The notes: generated by a model from the letters alone, not told the origin. A stretch of 64,000 nt of DNA from Actinomycetota bacterium (GCA_041181555.1 JBEGPH010000001.1:4040-68039), one strand, 5' to 3'. Shown: positions 21,471 through 32,801, numbered from the stretch's first letter. Numbers and translations: made by a program.

Positions 21471-21540
21471 TTGTTTACCTCTCTCTAATAAACAAAAACA
21501 CGCCACTAACCGCGGCACTGGTTTAGTTTCCTTGAAAGGT

Positions 21541-21578
21541 ATTTCGAGAAGTGAATGGAATTGTTTCGCGTTTGTAAA
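21541..21578 (-). promoter_or_regulatory. Putative tandem GlnR boxes upstream of amtB
   Basis: Minus strand TTTAC-n6-GAAAC-n6-ATTCA-n6-GAAAT resembles the actinobacterial gTnAc-n6-GaAAc repeat; GAAA sites 22 bp apart. Confidence 0.7.
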
Positions 21579-21582
21579 ACAT

Positions 21583-22578
21583 CTAGCCGGCTAGGGCGCC
21601 GAGACGGGACACGGCTCGAAGGTATTTCTTGCGGTAGCCCCCGTTTATGTGTTCTCTTGTGAACACCTTGGTGGTATCCAATCCAACTCCCCTGATGGCA
21701 ACCTGCTGCTCATACGCTCGATCAACAAAAGAGACAAATCTGAGCGCCACGGCCTGATCTTTCAAAACGTGCACTCCGGTAAGCCCGATTCGGTCTATGC
21801 CTTCAAGGAGAAGGCCATATTTCGAGGGATGGATCTTGGCAAGATGATTGAGCAAATCATCAAAATCATCAAGCGCGCCAGACTTAGAGAGTCCTAGCCA
21901 TTCGGAAACTTCGTTCTCAGTAAAGGTGCCGGCTTCAACTTCAGTAGGTCGGTGTCTATGATCTTCACCATCAATGCGGAGCATTTCAAACTGATCTGCG
22001 ATTCCATGAATCTCGCGCTGAAAATCTTCGGCAGCGAACCTGCCCTCACCCAATGCGTTCGGCGGAGTATTTGATGTTGCCGCAAATTTCACGCCTTTTG
22101 GAGACAATTCGTTTAGCAACCGAGACATCATCATCGTGTCTCCAGGATCATCCAATTCAAATTCGTCGATACAAATCAAATCGAATCGAGACAGCGCTTC
22201 AATTGCCTTTGGAAAACTAAGCGCCCCAATAAGCGATGTAAATGCTATGAAGGAGCCAAATGCTTTTTTGCCCTTAAAAGCATGGAATGTCGACGCCAAC
22301 AGGTGGGTCTTGCCGACACCGAATCCACCATCTAAATAGATTCCGATTTTTTCCGGCTGGCTTTTGCCAAACAGCCCACGCTTTGAAAGCCTTCCAGAGG
22401 CAAAGTTTTGGGCCACATGCGAAACCTCAGCTTGACTGGGGAATTCCGAATGCGGAAGGTAATTCTTGAACGAAGCAAGTTCAAATTCGCGGGGTGGAAC
22501 CAAGTCTGAAAGCAGTCGCTCGACACTTGGCTCTGGAAATCGCGTGACTAGTGACGCGAATCCTGGGTTTCTTGCCAA
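21583..22578 (-). CDS. zapE: Cell division ATPase ZapE (AFG1 family)
   Basis: YLDGGFGVGKTHLL, IDEFELDDPGDT, TSNTPP, LGEGRFAA. Confidence 0.92.
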   Translation of the reverse strand: MARNPGFASLVTRFPEPSVERLLSDLVPPREFELASFKNYLPHSEFPSQAEVSHVAQNFASGRLSKRGLFGKSQPEKIGIYLDGGFGVGKTHLLASTFHAFKGKKAFGSFIAFTSLIGALSFPKAIEALSRFDLICIDEFELDDPGDTMMMSRLLNELSPKGVKFAATSNTPPNALGEGRFAAEDFQREIHGIADQFEMLRIDGEDHRHRPTEVEAGTFTENEVSEWLGLSKSGALDDFDDLLNHLAKIHPSKYGLLLEGIDRIGLTGVHVLKDQAVALRFVSFVDRAYEQQVAIRGVGLDTTKVFTREHINGGYRKKYLRAVSRLGALAG

Positions 22579-22658
22579 TTCTTACCTCGTGTCTGGCGGT
22601 ATTGCGGAACAGCCTTTAGCCTAGAGGGACAAACACACATTTACGGAGAGCTATCACT

Positions 22659-23555
22659 ATGTCTGTCGGATTTGACTCAAACCCAAAATTCACACAGTAT
22701 GCCCATCCAGAAGTCTTAGTTAGTACCGAATGGCTGGAAAACCACCTGGGTGAGCCTGGACTAGTAATTGTGGAGTCTGACGAAGACGTACTCCTTTACC
22801 AGACCGGTCACATCCCAGGCGCTGTCAAAATCGACTGGCACACAGACCTCAATGACCCGATTACCCGAGATTATTTGGATGGTGAAGCCTTCGCAAAACT
22901 TCTTTCGGGAAAAGGAATTTCACGCGAAAGCACTGTGGTGATTTACGGAGATAACAAAAACTGGTGGGCCACCTACGCACTCTGGGTCTTTAAGCTCTTC
23001 GGTCACGCCGATGTCCGAATCCTTGACGGTGGACGTGAAAAATGGATCGCTGAGGAACGACCACTAACCACCGAACCTTCAGCTCCAACACCAACCGACT
23101 ATCCGGTAATTAACCGAGACGATAAAACGATTCGCGCCTACCGAGACGATGTATTGAAACACCTTGGAAAGCCATTGGTTGACGTAAGAAGCCCTCAAGA
23201 ATATTCCGGCGAGCGCACTCACATGCCCAATTACCCAGAAGAGGGCGCGCTTCGTGGTGGCCACATTCCGGGAGCCGCATCGGTTCCTTGGTCAAAGGCT
23301 GCCGGAGATCTTGGTGTCTTCCGCGAACGAGGCGAACTTGAAGTTATTTACTTGACCGAGGCACAACTCGATCCGGAGACAGACACAATCGCCTATTGCC
23401 GTATTGGTGAACGTTCAAGCCACACATGGTTCGTCCTGACCTACCTTCTCGGATTCACCAAGGTTCGCAACTATGACGGGTCTTGGACTGAATGGGGCAG
23501 CCTAGTTGGGGTGCCAATCGTTAAGGGTGAACAACCAGGCGTATTTGTTCGGTAA
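22659..23555 (+). CDS. sseA: Tandem-domain rhodanese / thiosulfate sulfurtransferase (SseA-like)
   Basis: GHIPGA twice, YCRIGERSS active loop, [10 protein letters not shown]. Confidence 0.92.
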   Translation: MSVGFDSNPKFTQYAHPEVLVSTEWLENHLGEPGLVIVESDEDVLLYQTGHIPGAVKIDWHTDLNDPITRDYLDGEAFAKLLSGKGISRESTVVIYGDNKNWWATYALWVFKLFGHADVRILDGGREKWIAEERPLTTEPSAPTPTDYPVINRDDKTIRAYRDDVLKHLGKPLVDVRSPQEYSGERTHMPNYPEEGALRGGHIPGAASVPWSKAAGDLGVFRERGELEVIYLTEAQLDPETDTIAYCRIGERSSHTWFVLTYLLGFTKVRNYDGSWTEWGSLVGVPIVKGEQPGVFVR

Positions 23556-23564
23556 TTTAGCCAA

Positions 23565-23990
23565 GTGAGTATTACCGCGGCTGCCAAATCAATCATGGAT
23601 GAGCTTTCATCAATTGATAACGCTGATCGACTCGAACTATTGCTGGAATACGCCAACTCACTACCTCCGCTACCTTCACGTTATGCAGATCATCCCGATT
23701 TACTTGAACGAGTAGAGGAATGCCAAAGCCCTGTTTTTCTATTCGTTGAGGTACAGAACGACTTGGTAAAGATTTTTCTAACTGCACCAGTCGAGGCACC
23801 AACAACCCGAGCGTTTGCCAGTATCCTTCAGCAAAGCCTCGATAGCCAAAGCGTGCAGACCGTTCTCGGTTTCGACAATGACTTTCCGAATCAACTAGGT
23901 CTGACCCAACTTGTCAGCCCCCTGCGCATGCGAGGAATTCACGGCATGCTGGCTCGCATCAAGCGACAGGTGTCCGAGAAAATTGCTTGA
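23565..23990 (+). CDS. sufE: SufE family sulfur-acceptor protein
   Basis: VEECQSPV, EAPTTRAFA, SPLRMRG; follows sseA as in mycobacteria. Confidence 0.88.
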   Translation: MSITAAAKSIMDELSSIDNADRLELLLEYANSLPPLPSRYADHPDLLERVEECQSPVFLFVEVQNDLVKIFLTAPVEAPTTRAFASILQQSLDSQSVQTVLGFDNDFPNQLGLTQLVSPLRMRGIHGMLARIKRQVSEKIA

Positions 23991-24537
23991 ACTTGAGGAT
24001 TTGCTAGCGCAGCAGCACAAACTCAAGGGGTTTAGGGCGAATTTCGTCACGAATTCGAAAGCCCAATTCACCGGCCCAAACAATAGCAGCCGCGATCTAA
24101 GTAACCAAGTCGATTTTGCCTTGCTACTAAATTTGCGATCTCTGACGGACGTTATCGTGACTGATGCGGCTACCGCGCGGGCCGAAAACTACAAACCGTC
24201 GAAATGGGCTCCAATTCAGGCATGGTCTTCCTCGGGAAACTTTGTTGGGGTTGATGGCGGCATAGCACAACGAAAAATCGATAATCTTCAAGAATCGCTG
24301 AAGCAAATTCGGGAAAACTTCGAGTCCGTGCTCTTCGAAACCGGACCAACACTTACACAATTGCTTGGAAAACTTTTCGAGATAGATCAACTAAAACTGA
24401 CTGTCGTGGAATCGCCGGGATTGCAGGCCGCAAGGTCTGCCGCTGCAATCACATTAGACAAACTCGCTTTGAACTATCTCAAGGAAAGCTCAGTGTTCAC
24501 TGTGGCTGGCACCCACTTTTTCACGTTCGACCGGTGA
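23983..24537 (+). CDS. RibD C-terminal / DHFR-like reductase (divergent, short)
   Basis: RANFV, LRSLTDVIV..A.T.RAENY, FETGPTL; TTG 23983 overlaps the sufE end. Confidence 0.6.
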   Translation: MLELEDLLAQQHKLKGFRANFVTNSKAQFTGPNNSSRDLSNQVDFALLLNLRSLTDVIVTDAATARAENYKPSKWAPIQAWSSSGNFVGVDGGIAQRKIDNLQESLKQIRENFESVLFETGPTLTQLLGKLFEIDQLKLTVVESPGLQAARSAAAITLDKLALNYLKESSVFTVAGTHFFTFDR

Positions 24538-24578
24538 GCCTTAGGCCCCAGGCGATACCTCGCCTATATTCTTGGCTC

Positions 24579-25157
24579 ATGTTCGAATTTGAGGCGCCCG
24601 ACTCCCTCGCCGGTGAGTTCTCGGCCGCCCTGCTTTCACTAAAACAGACTGCATTGCGCGAAGAATTGGTGGTTGAGCAACTTGCTTCACCGCAGGACAT
24701 AGCCACACATTCGATTGCATTTTCGGCTGAGCTAAGAAGTGAAACTTCTGAAGTGTCGGGTCAACTTGGCACTGGACGCTTTGTACTATTTTGGTCTCCG
24801 GAACCCCAGGAGAATTGGGCTAGTAATTTCCGTGTGGTGTGTTTCGCTCGTTCTCCACTCGAAACTGACATAGGTCGCGAGGTTGATGGCGTCGACGTAA
24901 CCTGGGATTGGCTAACTTCAGCGCTAACTAATTCTGGAGCAGAGCACTCAGCTCTCGCGGGAACCACTACCCGCATTATCTCGACAGGTCATGGCCTAAT
25001 GGATCAACAGAGTGAGCATGCTGAAATCGAAATCCGCGCTAGCTGGTCACCGTTAAGCACCGACCTTCGAAAACACTTCGAAGCTTGGCAGAATCTCGTT
25101 TGTGTTATGAGCGGATATTCAATCGCGCCTGGCATTCAAAAGATTAATTTTGGCTAA
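24579..25157 (+). CDS. DUF3000 protein
   Basis: GTGRFVL, FRVVCFARSPLE, EIEIRASWSP; upstream of rnd; leaderless ATG 24579 after TATTCT. Confidence 0.85.
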   Translation: MFEFEAPDSLAGEFSAALLSLKQTALREELVVEQLASPQDIATHSIAFSAELRSETSEVSGQLGTGRFVLFWSPEPQENWASNFRVVCFARSPLETDIGREVDGVDVTWDWLTSALTNSGAEHSALAGTTTRIISTGHGLMDQQSEHAEIEIRASWSPLSTDLRKHFEAWQNLVCVMSGYSIAPGIQKINFG

Positions 25158-25165
25158 TCCAATAA

Positions 25166-26428
25166 ATGACTGAAGCAGAATTAACGGCCTTACCAAAGTC
25201 TCGGAAGCAGTGGCATCTAGTTCAAACTAGTGAAGAACTTCACAATGCAATTGCAGAACTCAGAAAATTCGCAGGCTGGTTTGGAGTTGACGCAGAGAGG
25301 GCTTCGGGCTTCAAATACTCTCAACGTGCATATCTAATTCAAATTAATCGCGCCGAGAGCGACATCTACCTCATCGATCCATGGTCAATATCTCCGCAAA
25401 TCGATGTTTCGAAATTCGCAGTGCTAGCTGAACTGCTAAGTGAAGATTCCTGGATACTGCATGCGGCGACGCAAGATCTAGGTTGCCTTGCAGAACTTGG
25501 CCTAAAACCCAAGGCAATAATTGACACCGAACTCGGCTCCAGGATCGCGGGCATACCCAGGGTTGGCCTTGGATCTGTGGTTGAGCACTATTTACATTTG
25601 TCGCTAGCCAAAGAGCACAGCGCCGTGGACTGGAGCACAAGACCACTGCACCAAAGCTGGCTGGAATACGCGGCGCTAGACGTAGACGTTCTCCACGAAC
25701 TTGCCCACGAACTTCTTGCCGACATCGAACAGCAAGGTAAGTCGGATTACGCAAAGCAGGAATTCGAACAGTTACTAGGATTCAAACCCAAGACCGATAA
25801 ACAGGACAAATGGCGCGGAATTTCAGGTCTACACGAGGTTAAAGATCAACGTGGTTTAGCCATAGCCAAGGCTCTTTGGCAGGCTAGAGAGAATCTCGCC
25901 ATCAAATTGGACGTAGCGCCTGGTCGCCTAATTCCCGACTCATCCATCTCGCACGTCGCTAAGCTGCAAACCAAAAGTAGGCCAGAACTTGCCAGTGACA
26001 GAAATTTTTCCGGTCGGGCAAGTAGGAGCTACCTGGATACCTGGTGGGAAGCAATTGAAATTGGTCGCAATACCAAAGATCTTCCTCCCCTTCGTCTTCC
26101 GGCAACCGGAATTCCCAATCACAGGATATGGGCCAACAAATTTCCCGAAGCTCATAAACGTTTGATTTGCTGTAAGCAGGTGATTAGCGATGTGTCCTCT
26201 GAGCTTTCAATACCTGCAGAGAACTTGCTAACGCCTGATTATCTGCGTCAGCTTTGTTTCGATAGCATCGAAGAAATCGACACAGAACAAGTTGCTGCAA
26301 AGCTACTGGAGCTAGGCGCCAGACAGTGGCAAACGGACGTTCTTGCTGAAAAATTGGCAGCTGCGATTATTGCTGCTCCGAATTTTGTAGAAAAAAAACC
26401 TGAAGAAACAAGTTTCGGGTCAAACTAG
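25166..26428 (+). CDS. rnd: Ribonuclease D (DEDDy exonuclease + HRDC)
   Basis: VDAERASG, WILHAA.QDL, DTEL, DWS.RPL, YAALDV. Confidence 0.92.
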   Translation: MTEAELTALPKSRKQWHLVQTSEELHNAIAELRKFAGWFGVDAERASGFKYSQRAYLIQINRAESDIYLIDPWSISPQIDVSKFAVLAELLSEDSWILHAATQDLGCLAELGLKPKAIIDTELGSRIAGIPRVGLGSVVEHYLHLSLAKEHSAVDWSTRPLHQSWLEYAALDVDVLHELAHELLADIEQQGKSDYAKQEFEQLLGFKPKTDKQDKWRGISGLHEVKDQRGLAIAKALWQARENLAIKLDVAPGRLIPDSSISHVAKLQTKSRPELASDRNFSGRASRSYLDTWWEAIEIGRNTKDLPPLRLPATGIPNHRIWANKFPEAHKRLICCKQVISDVSSELSIPAENLLTPDYLRQLCFDSIEEIDTEQVAAKLLELGARQWQTDVLAEKLAAAIIAAPNFVEKKPEETSFGSN

Positions 26429-28353
26429 ATTTCGAACTGATTCGTCTCGACGTCATCGCTGAGAGCTCTTGCATAGGGTACTTTGGCGCCAAGCACTTGG
26501 GCGACAATGTCTCGCGCGATGGATTGAGCGGTTAGTCCAACTCGCTCCAAAATCTGATTCCTAGTCGCATGTTCTAAGAATTCATCTGGCAAGCCAAGTT
26601 CATTCAAAGCAGTGTCGACTTCTGCGGCACGTAACGCCTGGCGAATTCTGGTGCCAATTCCGCCGACCCGAACTCCATCTTCAATTGTGACTACAAGTCG
26701 ATGCTGCGACGCAAGCTCGACAACACTCTTGGAAACTGGAACTACCCATCGGGGGTCTACTACTGTTGCGCCAATTCCTTGCGCCGCAAGCAATTCGGCT
26801 GCTTCCAAGGCAACGCCAGCCATCGCACCCACGGCAACGATTAGTACGTCTTTTGAAGGGCTCTCCTTGAGAACATCGAGGCCATCTTCTGTCTTGCGCA
26901 CAGCCTTGAAACTTTCTTCAACGCTGCCCTTACCAAATCGAATCATGGTAGGCGCGTCGTCCACGGCTAGTGCCTCGGCAAGCAGTTCTCTAAGGCGCTC
27001 TGCGTCTCGTGGCGCTGCAATACGGATGTTTGGAACCACCTGAAACACTGCTAGATCCCAAACCCCGTGATGGCTAGCACCATCTGGCCCGGTAACTCCT
27101 GCTCGGTCGAGCACAAAGGTGACGCCCTCTTTGTGAAGAGCAACATCCATGAGCACCTGGTCGAAGGCACGGTTCATGAACGTTGAGTAAACCGAAACCA
27201 CCGGATGGAGACCTCCGAAAGCCATACCTGCGGCCGAAGTAACTGCGTGCTGCTCAGCAATGCCAACATCGAAGACGCGATTTGGGAATCGTGCTGCGAA
27301 TTTACCGAGCCCAACTGGGTTCAACATGGCACCGGTAATTGCCACAATGCGATCGTTCTTAGCGGCCAGGGCAACAAGTTCATCACCGAAAACACTTGTC
27401 CAAGAACTCGAGCTGGCTTCTAGTGATTCACCAGTCTCAGGGTTAATTTGCCCTACCGCATGGAATTGGTCTGCATCATTTAGAACGGCAGGGTCATAGC
27501 CCTTACCCTTTTGCGTGATCATGTGCACGATGACAGGATGGGCGTATTTCTTTGCCTGAGCTAGCGCTTGTTCTACCTGAGGATAGTCGTGACCATCAAT
27601 CGGGCCGATGTACTTAAGGTCTAAATTTGGAAACATGCTCTTGGGTGTGACCGAGCCAAAAATACCTTTGCCGGCCCCACGTACCGCAGACCATAGCATT
27701 CGGCCAGGTAAACCAAATCTGAAGAAGAATTTTTTGCTTAGGCGATAGAGCTTTCGGTAAGTCTGTTCAGTTCGAATGTTGTTAAGGTTTCGAGCGAACC
27801 CACCGATTGTCGGCGAATAAGAGCGACCATTGTCGTTCACAATGATGACGAGCTTGCGATCGTTATCATCTGAAATATTGTTTAGTGCTTCCCAGGCCAT
27901 GCCTCCGGTTAGGGCGCCATCACCAATTAGGGCAACTACATATCGATCGTCTTGTCCTGTGATTCGATAGGCCTTGGCGATTCCATCTGCCCAAGATAAT
28001 GATGACGAAGCGTGCGAGCTCTCAACAATGTCATGTTCAGACTCTGAACGCTGCGGATAGCCGGCTATCCCATTTTTTTGACGCAGATTCGAGAAATCTT
28101 TTCGGCCAGTTAGAAGTTTGTGAACGTAGCTTTGATGACCGGTATCGAAAATAAAACTGTCTTTGGGGGAATCAAACACTCGATGCATTGCGAGGCTTAT
28201 TTCAACAACGCCTAGGTTCGGCCCTAGGTGACCACCTGTTTTGGACACTGAGCTGACCAGGTAGTCACGAATCTCTTGGGCCAACTCGCGCAGCTCAGCA
28301 CCCGTCAAACCCTTTAGGTCGGACGGGCCGCTGATCCGCTCGAGAATAGTCAT
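26425..28353 (-). CDS. dxs: 1-deoxy-D-xylulose-5-phosphate synthase
   Basis: GGHLGPNLG, FDTGHQ, GDGALTGG, GIAEQHA, DRAG. Confidence 0.97.
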   Translation of the reverse strand: MTILERISGPSDLKGLTGAELRELAQEIRDYLVSSVSKTGGHLGPNLGVVEISLAMHRVFDSPKDSFIFDTGHQSYVHKLLTGRKDFSNLRQKNGIAGYPQRSESEHDIVESSHASSSLSWADGIAKAYRITGQDDRYVVALIGDGALTGGMAWEALNNISDDNDRKLVIIVNDNGRSYSPTIGGFARNLNNIRTEQTYRKLYRLSKKFFFRFGLPGRMLWSAVRGAGKGIFGSVTPKSMFPNLDLKYIGPIDGHDYPQVEQALAQAKKYAHPVIVHMITQKGKGYDPAVLNDADQFHAVGQINPETGESLEASSSSWTSVFGDELVALAAKNDRIVAITGAMLNPVGLGKFAARFPNRVFDVGIAEQHAVTSAAGMAFGGLHPVVSVYSTFMNRAFDQVLMDVALHKEGVTFVLDRAGVTGPDGASHHGVWDLAVFQVVPNIRIAAPRDAERLRELLAEALAVDDAPTMIRFGKGSVEESFKAVRKTEDGLDVLKESPSKDVLIVAVGAMAGVALEAAELLAAQGIGATVVDPRWVVPVSKSVVELASQHRLVVTIEDGVRVGGIGTRIRQALRAAEVDTALNELGLPDEFLEHATRNQILERVGLTAQSIARDIVAQVLGAKVPYARALSDDVETNQFEI

Positions 28354-28361
28354 TTGAGCGC

Positions 28362-31040
28362 TTAGGCAACCAGACTACGAAGTACGTACTGCAGAATTCC
28401 ACCGTTACGGTAGTAATCGGCTTCCCCAGGCGTATCGATGCGCACTACTGCATCGAACTCAACTACCGACTTTCCAGCTGGTGAGTTCGCAGAAGGGGAC
28501 GCGGTTACCTTCACGGTCTTTGGAGTCTTGCCGCGATTCAGCTCTTCGATGCCTACGATGTCGAAAACCTCGGTGCCATCTAGACCAAGTGACTCAGCGT
28601 TCTGACCTACCGGGAACTGTAGTGGAAGAACACCCATACCGATCAGGTTGCTGCGGTGAATACGCTCAAAGCTCTCGGTAATCACTGCGCGAACACCGAG
28701 AAGAGAAGTTCCCTTGGCCGCCCAGTCGCGAGATGATCCAGATCCATATTCTTTACCACCGAGAATTACTAGCGGAGTACCCTGAGCCTGGTAATTAGCA
28801 GACGCATCAAAAATGAATGACTGTGGCCCGCCCTCTTGAGTGAAGTCGCGGGTGTAACCACCCTCTACTCCATCAAGCAATTGGTTCTTGAGTCGAATGT
28901 TTGCAAACGTGCCGCGAATCATGACTTCATGGTTACCGCGGCGTGAACCGTAGGAATTGAAATCAACACGTGAGATGCCACGTTCGGTAAGGTACTTGCC
29001 GGCCGGCGAATCAGCCTTAATCGAGCCTGCAGGACTGATGTGGTCGGTTGTAACAGAATCGCCCAGTTTTGCCAGAACGCGTGCAGAGTGAATGTCGGTG
29101 ACTGGCGACGGAGTCTTTTGCATACCCTCGAAGTACGGCGGCTTGCGAACGTAAGTCGATTTTGCATCCCAATCAAAAGTGGCACCCTTTGGAGTTGGAA
29201 TTGACTTCCAACGGTCATCTCCTTCGAAGACACCGGCATACTGCTTGGTGAACATATCGCTATTGATTGAAGAATCGATAGTTGATTGAACTTCTGATGG
29301 TGTCGGCCAAATATCAGCGAGGAATACATCATTCCCGTTTGAATCCTGGCCAAGTGGATCGTTCTCAAAATCGAAATCCATAGTGCCCGCAATTGCATAG
29401 GCAACAACCAAAGGAGGTGAAGCTAAGTAGTTCATCTTCACATCCGGATTGATACGACCCTCAAAGTTTCGGTTTCCTGAAAGGACTGCGGTAACCGCTA
29501 GATCGTTTTCGGCGATCGCAGCAGAGATGTTCTCATCCAAAGGACCGGAGTTTCCGATACATGTGGTGCAGCCGTAACCGACCAGATTAAATCCAAGTGC
29601 GTTCAAGTCGTCGGTGAGACCCGCTTTTGCGTAATACTCGGTGACAACCTTAGAACCAGGAGCGAGTGAAGTCTTAACCCATGGTTTTGCTTTCAGGCCC
29701 TTGGCGACAGCCTTCTTGGCCAATAAACCAGCTGCCAACATTACCGATGGATTTGAAGTATTGGTGCATGAAGTGATCGACGCAATGGTCACGTGACCGT
29801 GGTCAACTGCGAAATCATGTCCGGCAACCTTGGCTGGCTTTGACTTCTCAGGGGCGTAGGTAGCAAGAGCAGACTCAAAGGATTCCTTCGCCTTTGACAA
29901 CACGATTCGGTCCTGAGGACGCTTTGGTCCTGCAATTGAAGGAACAACCGTGCTTAGGTCAAGCTCTAGGTATTCGCTGTAGCGAGGCTCGATTGACGGA
30001 TCGTGCCATAGCCCCTGAGCCTTGCAGTATGCCTCGACGAGGTCGATTTGGTCCTGGCTGCGACCAGTTACGCGCAAGTAATCCAAGGTAACTTCGTCAA
30101 TCGGGAAGATCGCAACAGTTGAACCAAACTCTGGACTCATGTTTCCGATGGTTGCGCGATTAGCGAGTGGCACCGAAGTAACACCCTCACCGTAGAACTC
30201 AACGAACTTGCCGACAACTCCGTGCTTGCGCAGCTGCTCGGTGATAGTCAAAACAACATCGGTAGCGGTTGCTCCGGTTGGAATAACACCGGTTAGCTTG
30301 AAGCCAACAACCTTAGGAATCAACATTGAAACTGGCTGCCCAAGCATTGCGGCTTCGGCTTCAATTCCACCTACACCCCAACCGAGCACACCAAGGCCGT
30401 TCACCATGGTGGTGTGTGAGTCGGTTCCGACACAACTGTCTGGGTATGCCTGCAACTGTCCGTTCACTTCACGGGTCATCACAGTACGTGCCAAGTATTC
30501 GATGTTTACCTGGTGCACAATTCCAGTTCCAGGGGGTACAACTTTAAAATCGTCGAATGCGGTTTGACCCCAGCGAAGGAACTGGTAACGCTCACCGTTT
30601 CGCTCATATTCAAATTCGACGTTTTTCTCAAAAGCGTCAGCTGAACCGGCAACGTCGATTACGACTGAGTGATCGATGACAAGTTCAGCAGGAGCTAGCG
30701 GATTGATTCGCTTTGGATCTCCGCCTAGCTCAGCAACTGCTTCTCGCATGGTTGCTAGGTCTACTACACAAGGGACTCCTGTGAAGTCCTGCATGATTAC
30801 ACGCGCCGGGGTGAATTGAATTTCGGTGTCAGGTTCATCGGAAGGAACCCAGTTAACCAACGCATTCACGTGATCCGCGGTTATGTTTGCGCCATCCTCA
30901 GTGCGAAGCATGTTCTCCAACAAAATCTTGAGGCTGTAAGGAAGTGTCTTGGCGTTTACCGAATCGAGTCGGAAAATCTGATAGCTCTTGTCACCCACCT
31001 GAAGTTGAGCGGCCGAACCAAAACTATTTACCTTTGACAT
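28362..31040 (-). CDS. acnA: Aconitate hydratase A
   Basis: [38 protein letters not shown]. Confidence 0.97.
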   Translation of the reverse strand: MSKVNSFGSAAQLQVGDKSYQIFRLDSVNAKTLPYSLKILLENMLRTEDGANITADHVNALVNWVPSDEPDTEIQFTPARVIMQDFTGVPCVVDLATMREAVAELGGDPKRINPLAPAELVIDHSVVIDVAGSADAFEKNVEFEYERNGERYQFLRWGQTAFDDFKVVPPGTGIVHQVNIEYLARTVMTREVNGQLQAYPDSCVGTDSHTTMVNGLGVLGWGVGGIEAEAAMLGQPVSMLIPKVVGFKLTGVIPTGATATDVVLTITEQLRKHGVVGKFVEFYGEGVTSVPLANRATIGNMSPEFGSTVAIFPIDEVTLDYLRVTGRSQDQIDLVEAYCKAQGLWHDPSIEPRYSEYLELDLSTVVPSIAGPKRPQDRIVLSKAKESFESALATYAPEKSKPAKVAGHDFAVDHGHVTIASITSCTNTSNPSVMLAAGLLAKKAVAKGLKAKPWVKTSLAPGSKVVTEYYAKAGLTDDLNALGFNLVGYGCTTCIGNSGPLDENISAAIAENDLAVTAVLSGNRNFEGRINPDVKMNYLASPPLVVAYAIAGTMDFDFENDPLGQDSNGNDVFLADIWPTPSEVQSTIDSSINSDMFTKQYAGVFEGDDRWKSIPTPKGATFDWDAKSTYVRKPPYFEGMQKTPSPVTDIHSARVLAKLGDSVTTDHISPAGSIKADSPAGKYLTERGISRVDFNSYGSRRGNHEVMIRGTFANIRLKNQLLDGVEGGYTRDFTQEGGPQSFIFDASANYQAQGTPLVILGGKEYGSGSSRDWAAKGTSLLGVRAVITESFERIHRSNLIGMGVLPLQFPVGQNAESLGLDGTEVFDIVGIEELNRGKTPKTVKVTASPSANSPAGKSVVEFDAVVRIDTPGEADYYRNGGILQYVLRSLVA

Positions 31041-31084
31041 TGAAAATCCTCAATCTGAGCTACCTTGCTAGGTCAAAAATACCA

Positions 31085-31765
31085 CTAGCCGCGGCGTTTG
31101 ATGACCCCGCGAACCAGTAGCCAGTTGAGCCACAAAACTGCCGCATAGAGCGGCAAGCCCATTGCCAATCGGGCAATACCCAGGGCTGTGAGATTGTTAG
31201 CCAAATAAAGCGGATACTGCACCAATAAACGTCCGGCGAACAAACCAACCCAAAGCATGGTTGCGGCTGTAAAGACTCGAACTTCGTACTTATTTTTGCG
31301 CCAAGACGTGCCCTCGCGCAGCACAAGGCCCATCAAAACTCCTACCAGGGGCCAGCGAATGAGCACAGAGATGCCTAGCGGCACCAAATAGGCCAGGTTT
31401 GTTATAAATCCGGTCAGGAAGTAGTCGCGTGAGGATCCGCCGTCTCTGAGGGCTAACCAAGCGGCAAGTGCAATTCCGACTAATCCACTTAGCGCTTGCG
31501 CCAATGGCTTGCGGCGAAGTAGGCGAATCAGAATGAAAGCAACCGATACGGTACTGGCCCAAATGATTCCTAAACTGGCTTGCTTTGTGACGGAAAAGAC
31601 AAGTACGAATAAAAACCCAGGAACTATCGACTCGATTATCCCTTGCCAACCGCCCATAGACGCAAGGAGGGATTTGTGATCGAACTCTGTCTTTCCATCC
31701 ACCTGACGAAGGCCAAGCTTGCTTGCAGCAGATTCGCTGCTGACTGATTTCGATTTGTCGATCAA
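31085..31765 (-). CDS. DUF3159 membrane protein
   Basis: MGG..G.IES..P, RWPLVG, RL.VQYPLY; conserved dut-DUF3710-DUF3159 order. Confidence 0.85.
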   Translation of the reverse strand: MIDKSKSVSSESAASKLGLRQVDGKTEFDHKSLLASMGGWQGIIESIVPGFLFVLVFSVTKQASLGIIWASTVSVAFILIRLLRRKPLAQALSGLVGIALAAWLALRDGGSSRDYFLTGFITNLAYLVPLGISVLIRWPLVGVLMGLVLREGTSWRKNKYEVRVFTAATMLWVGLFAGRLLVQYPLYLANNLTALGIARLAMGLPLYAAVLWLNWLLVRGVIKRRG

Positions 31766-31766
31766 G

Positions 31767-32342
31767 TTATTTCATCCCAGGTGGCAGTACTGATCCAGCA
31801 GGTACCGAGAGCGGCAAAGCTTCACTCGGTGGTAGCGGAGTTTCTCCCCTGTGAACCACTACCGAACGGAATAAATCGTGGATAGCGGTTGCTGCGTTTT
31901 GATCGTTTAACGCAGCTCCGCTTATTGTTCCGCGAAGACACCAGCGTGGACCATCAAAGCCAATAAATCTAGCCAAGCGAAAACCTGCGGGTCGCCCTTG
32001 ATCGTCAACAAGCGGCAACTGGGCACGCAGTTCAACTCCAACAGGTCCATATCCCTCTTCAACGGTTCCGCCCTGTGATTCAACATTTTGAACTATCGCA
32101 GAACGAATATCCGACCAAATGCCTTCAGACCTCGGTGCTGCAAAGGCCATAAGCTGCAATTTTGAATCGGCATGATCGAGACTCACGGCAACAACCTTGT
32201 TGGAGCCCTCTTCAACCTCGACACTTATCGACACGTCGTTGCGGGGTTCAACCCTGATAGAACCAAAATCCAGATACGGGCGAACGCCGATCACATCGTT
32301 TGAATCGAACGGTCCTAAAGAACTAGTGGTGTTGTCATTCAT
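31767..32342 (-). CDS. DUF3710 protein
   Basis: GPFD, AFAAPRS.GIW, RFIG.DGPRW.LR, VVHRG.TPLPP. Confidence 0.88.
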   Translation of the reverse strand: MNDNTTSSLGPFDSNDVIGVRPYLDFGSIRVEPRNDVSISVEVEEGSNKVVAVSLDHADSKLQLMAFAAPRSEGIWSDIRSAIVQNVESQGGTVEEGYGPVGVELRAQLPLVDDQGRPAGFRLARFIGFDGPRWCLRGTISGAALNDQNAATAIHDLFRSVVVHRGETPLPPSEALPLSVPAGSVLPPGMK

Positions 32343-32776
32343 TATTTGACTCCCGTCGAGCCGAATCCGCCTTCACCGCGATGTGAGTCTGGAAGTCGCT
32401 CAACTTTGATGAACTTTGCCTTTTCGACGGATTGGATAACCAATTGCGCAATCCGATCACCAATTTTTACCTCAAAGCTATCTACCAAGTCGGTATTCAG
32501 CAATGTCACCCTAATTTCGCCTCGATATGCAGCATCGACGGTTCCCGGAGCATTAAGCACTGTGACACCGTACTTTGCTGCTAATCCGCTGCGAGGATGA
32601 ACCAAACCTACGAATCCATCAGGCAGAGCGATTGCCATTCCGGTTCCAATTGTGCGGCGTTCACCGGGAGGAATGATTACCGCTTCGCTGCTGCGCAAGT
32701 CTGCACCAGCATCGCCAGGGTGGGCATAACTTGGCGGCTCGCCATTGGTAAGCAACAATACGGGAACGTCATTCAT
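32342..32776 (-). CDS. dut: dUTP diphosphatase
   Basis: GDAGADL, PRSGLA, GTVDAAYRGE, RIAQLV, RGEGGFGSTG; real start ATG 32776 (ORF-track extension overlaps DUF3093). Confidence 0.95.
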   Translation of the reverse strand: MNDVPVLLLTNGEPPSYAHPGDAGADLRSSEAVIIPPGERRTIGTGMAIALPDGFVGLVHPRSGLAAKYGVTVLNAPGTVDAAYRGEIRVTLLNTDLVDSFEVKIGDRIAQLVIQSVEKAKFIKVERLPDSHRGEGGFGSTGVK

Positions 32777-32801
32777 CAAAAATTGAGCGTAGTCTAAATT
32801 T

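Noticed and set aside
31061-31074. Small hairpin ACCT-TGCT-AGGT upstream of acnA as an IRE-like element
   Set aside because: Only 4 bp and no CAGUG loop; unsupported without comparative data.
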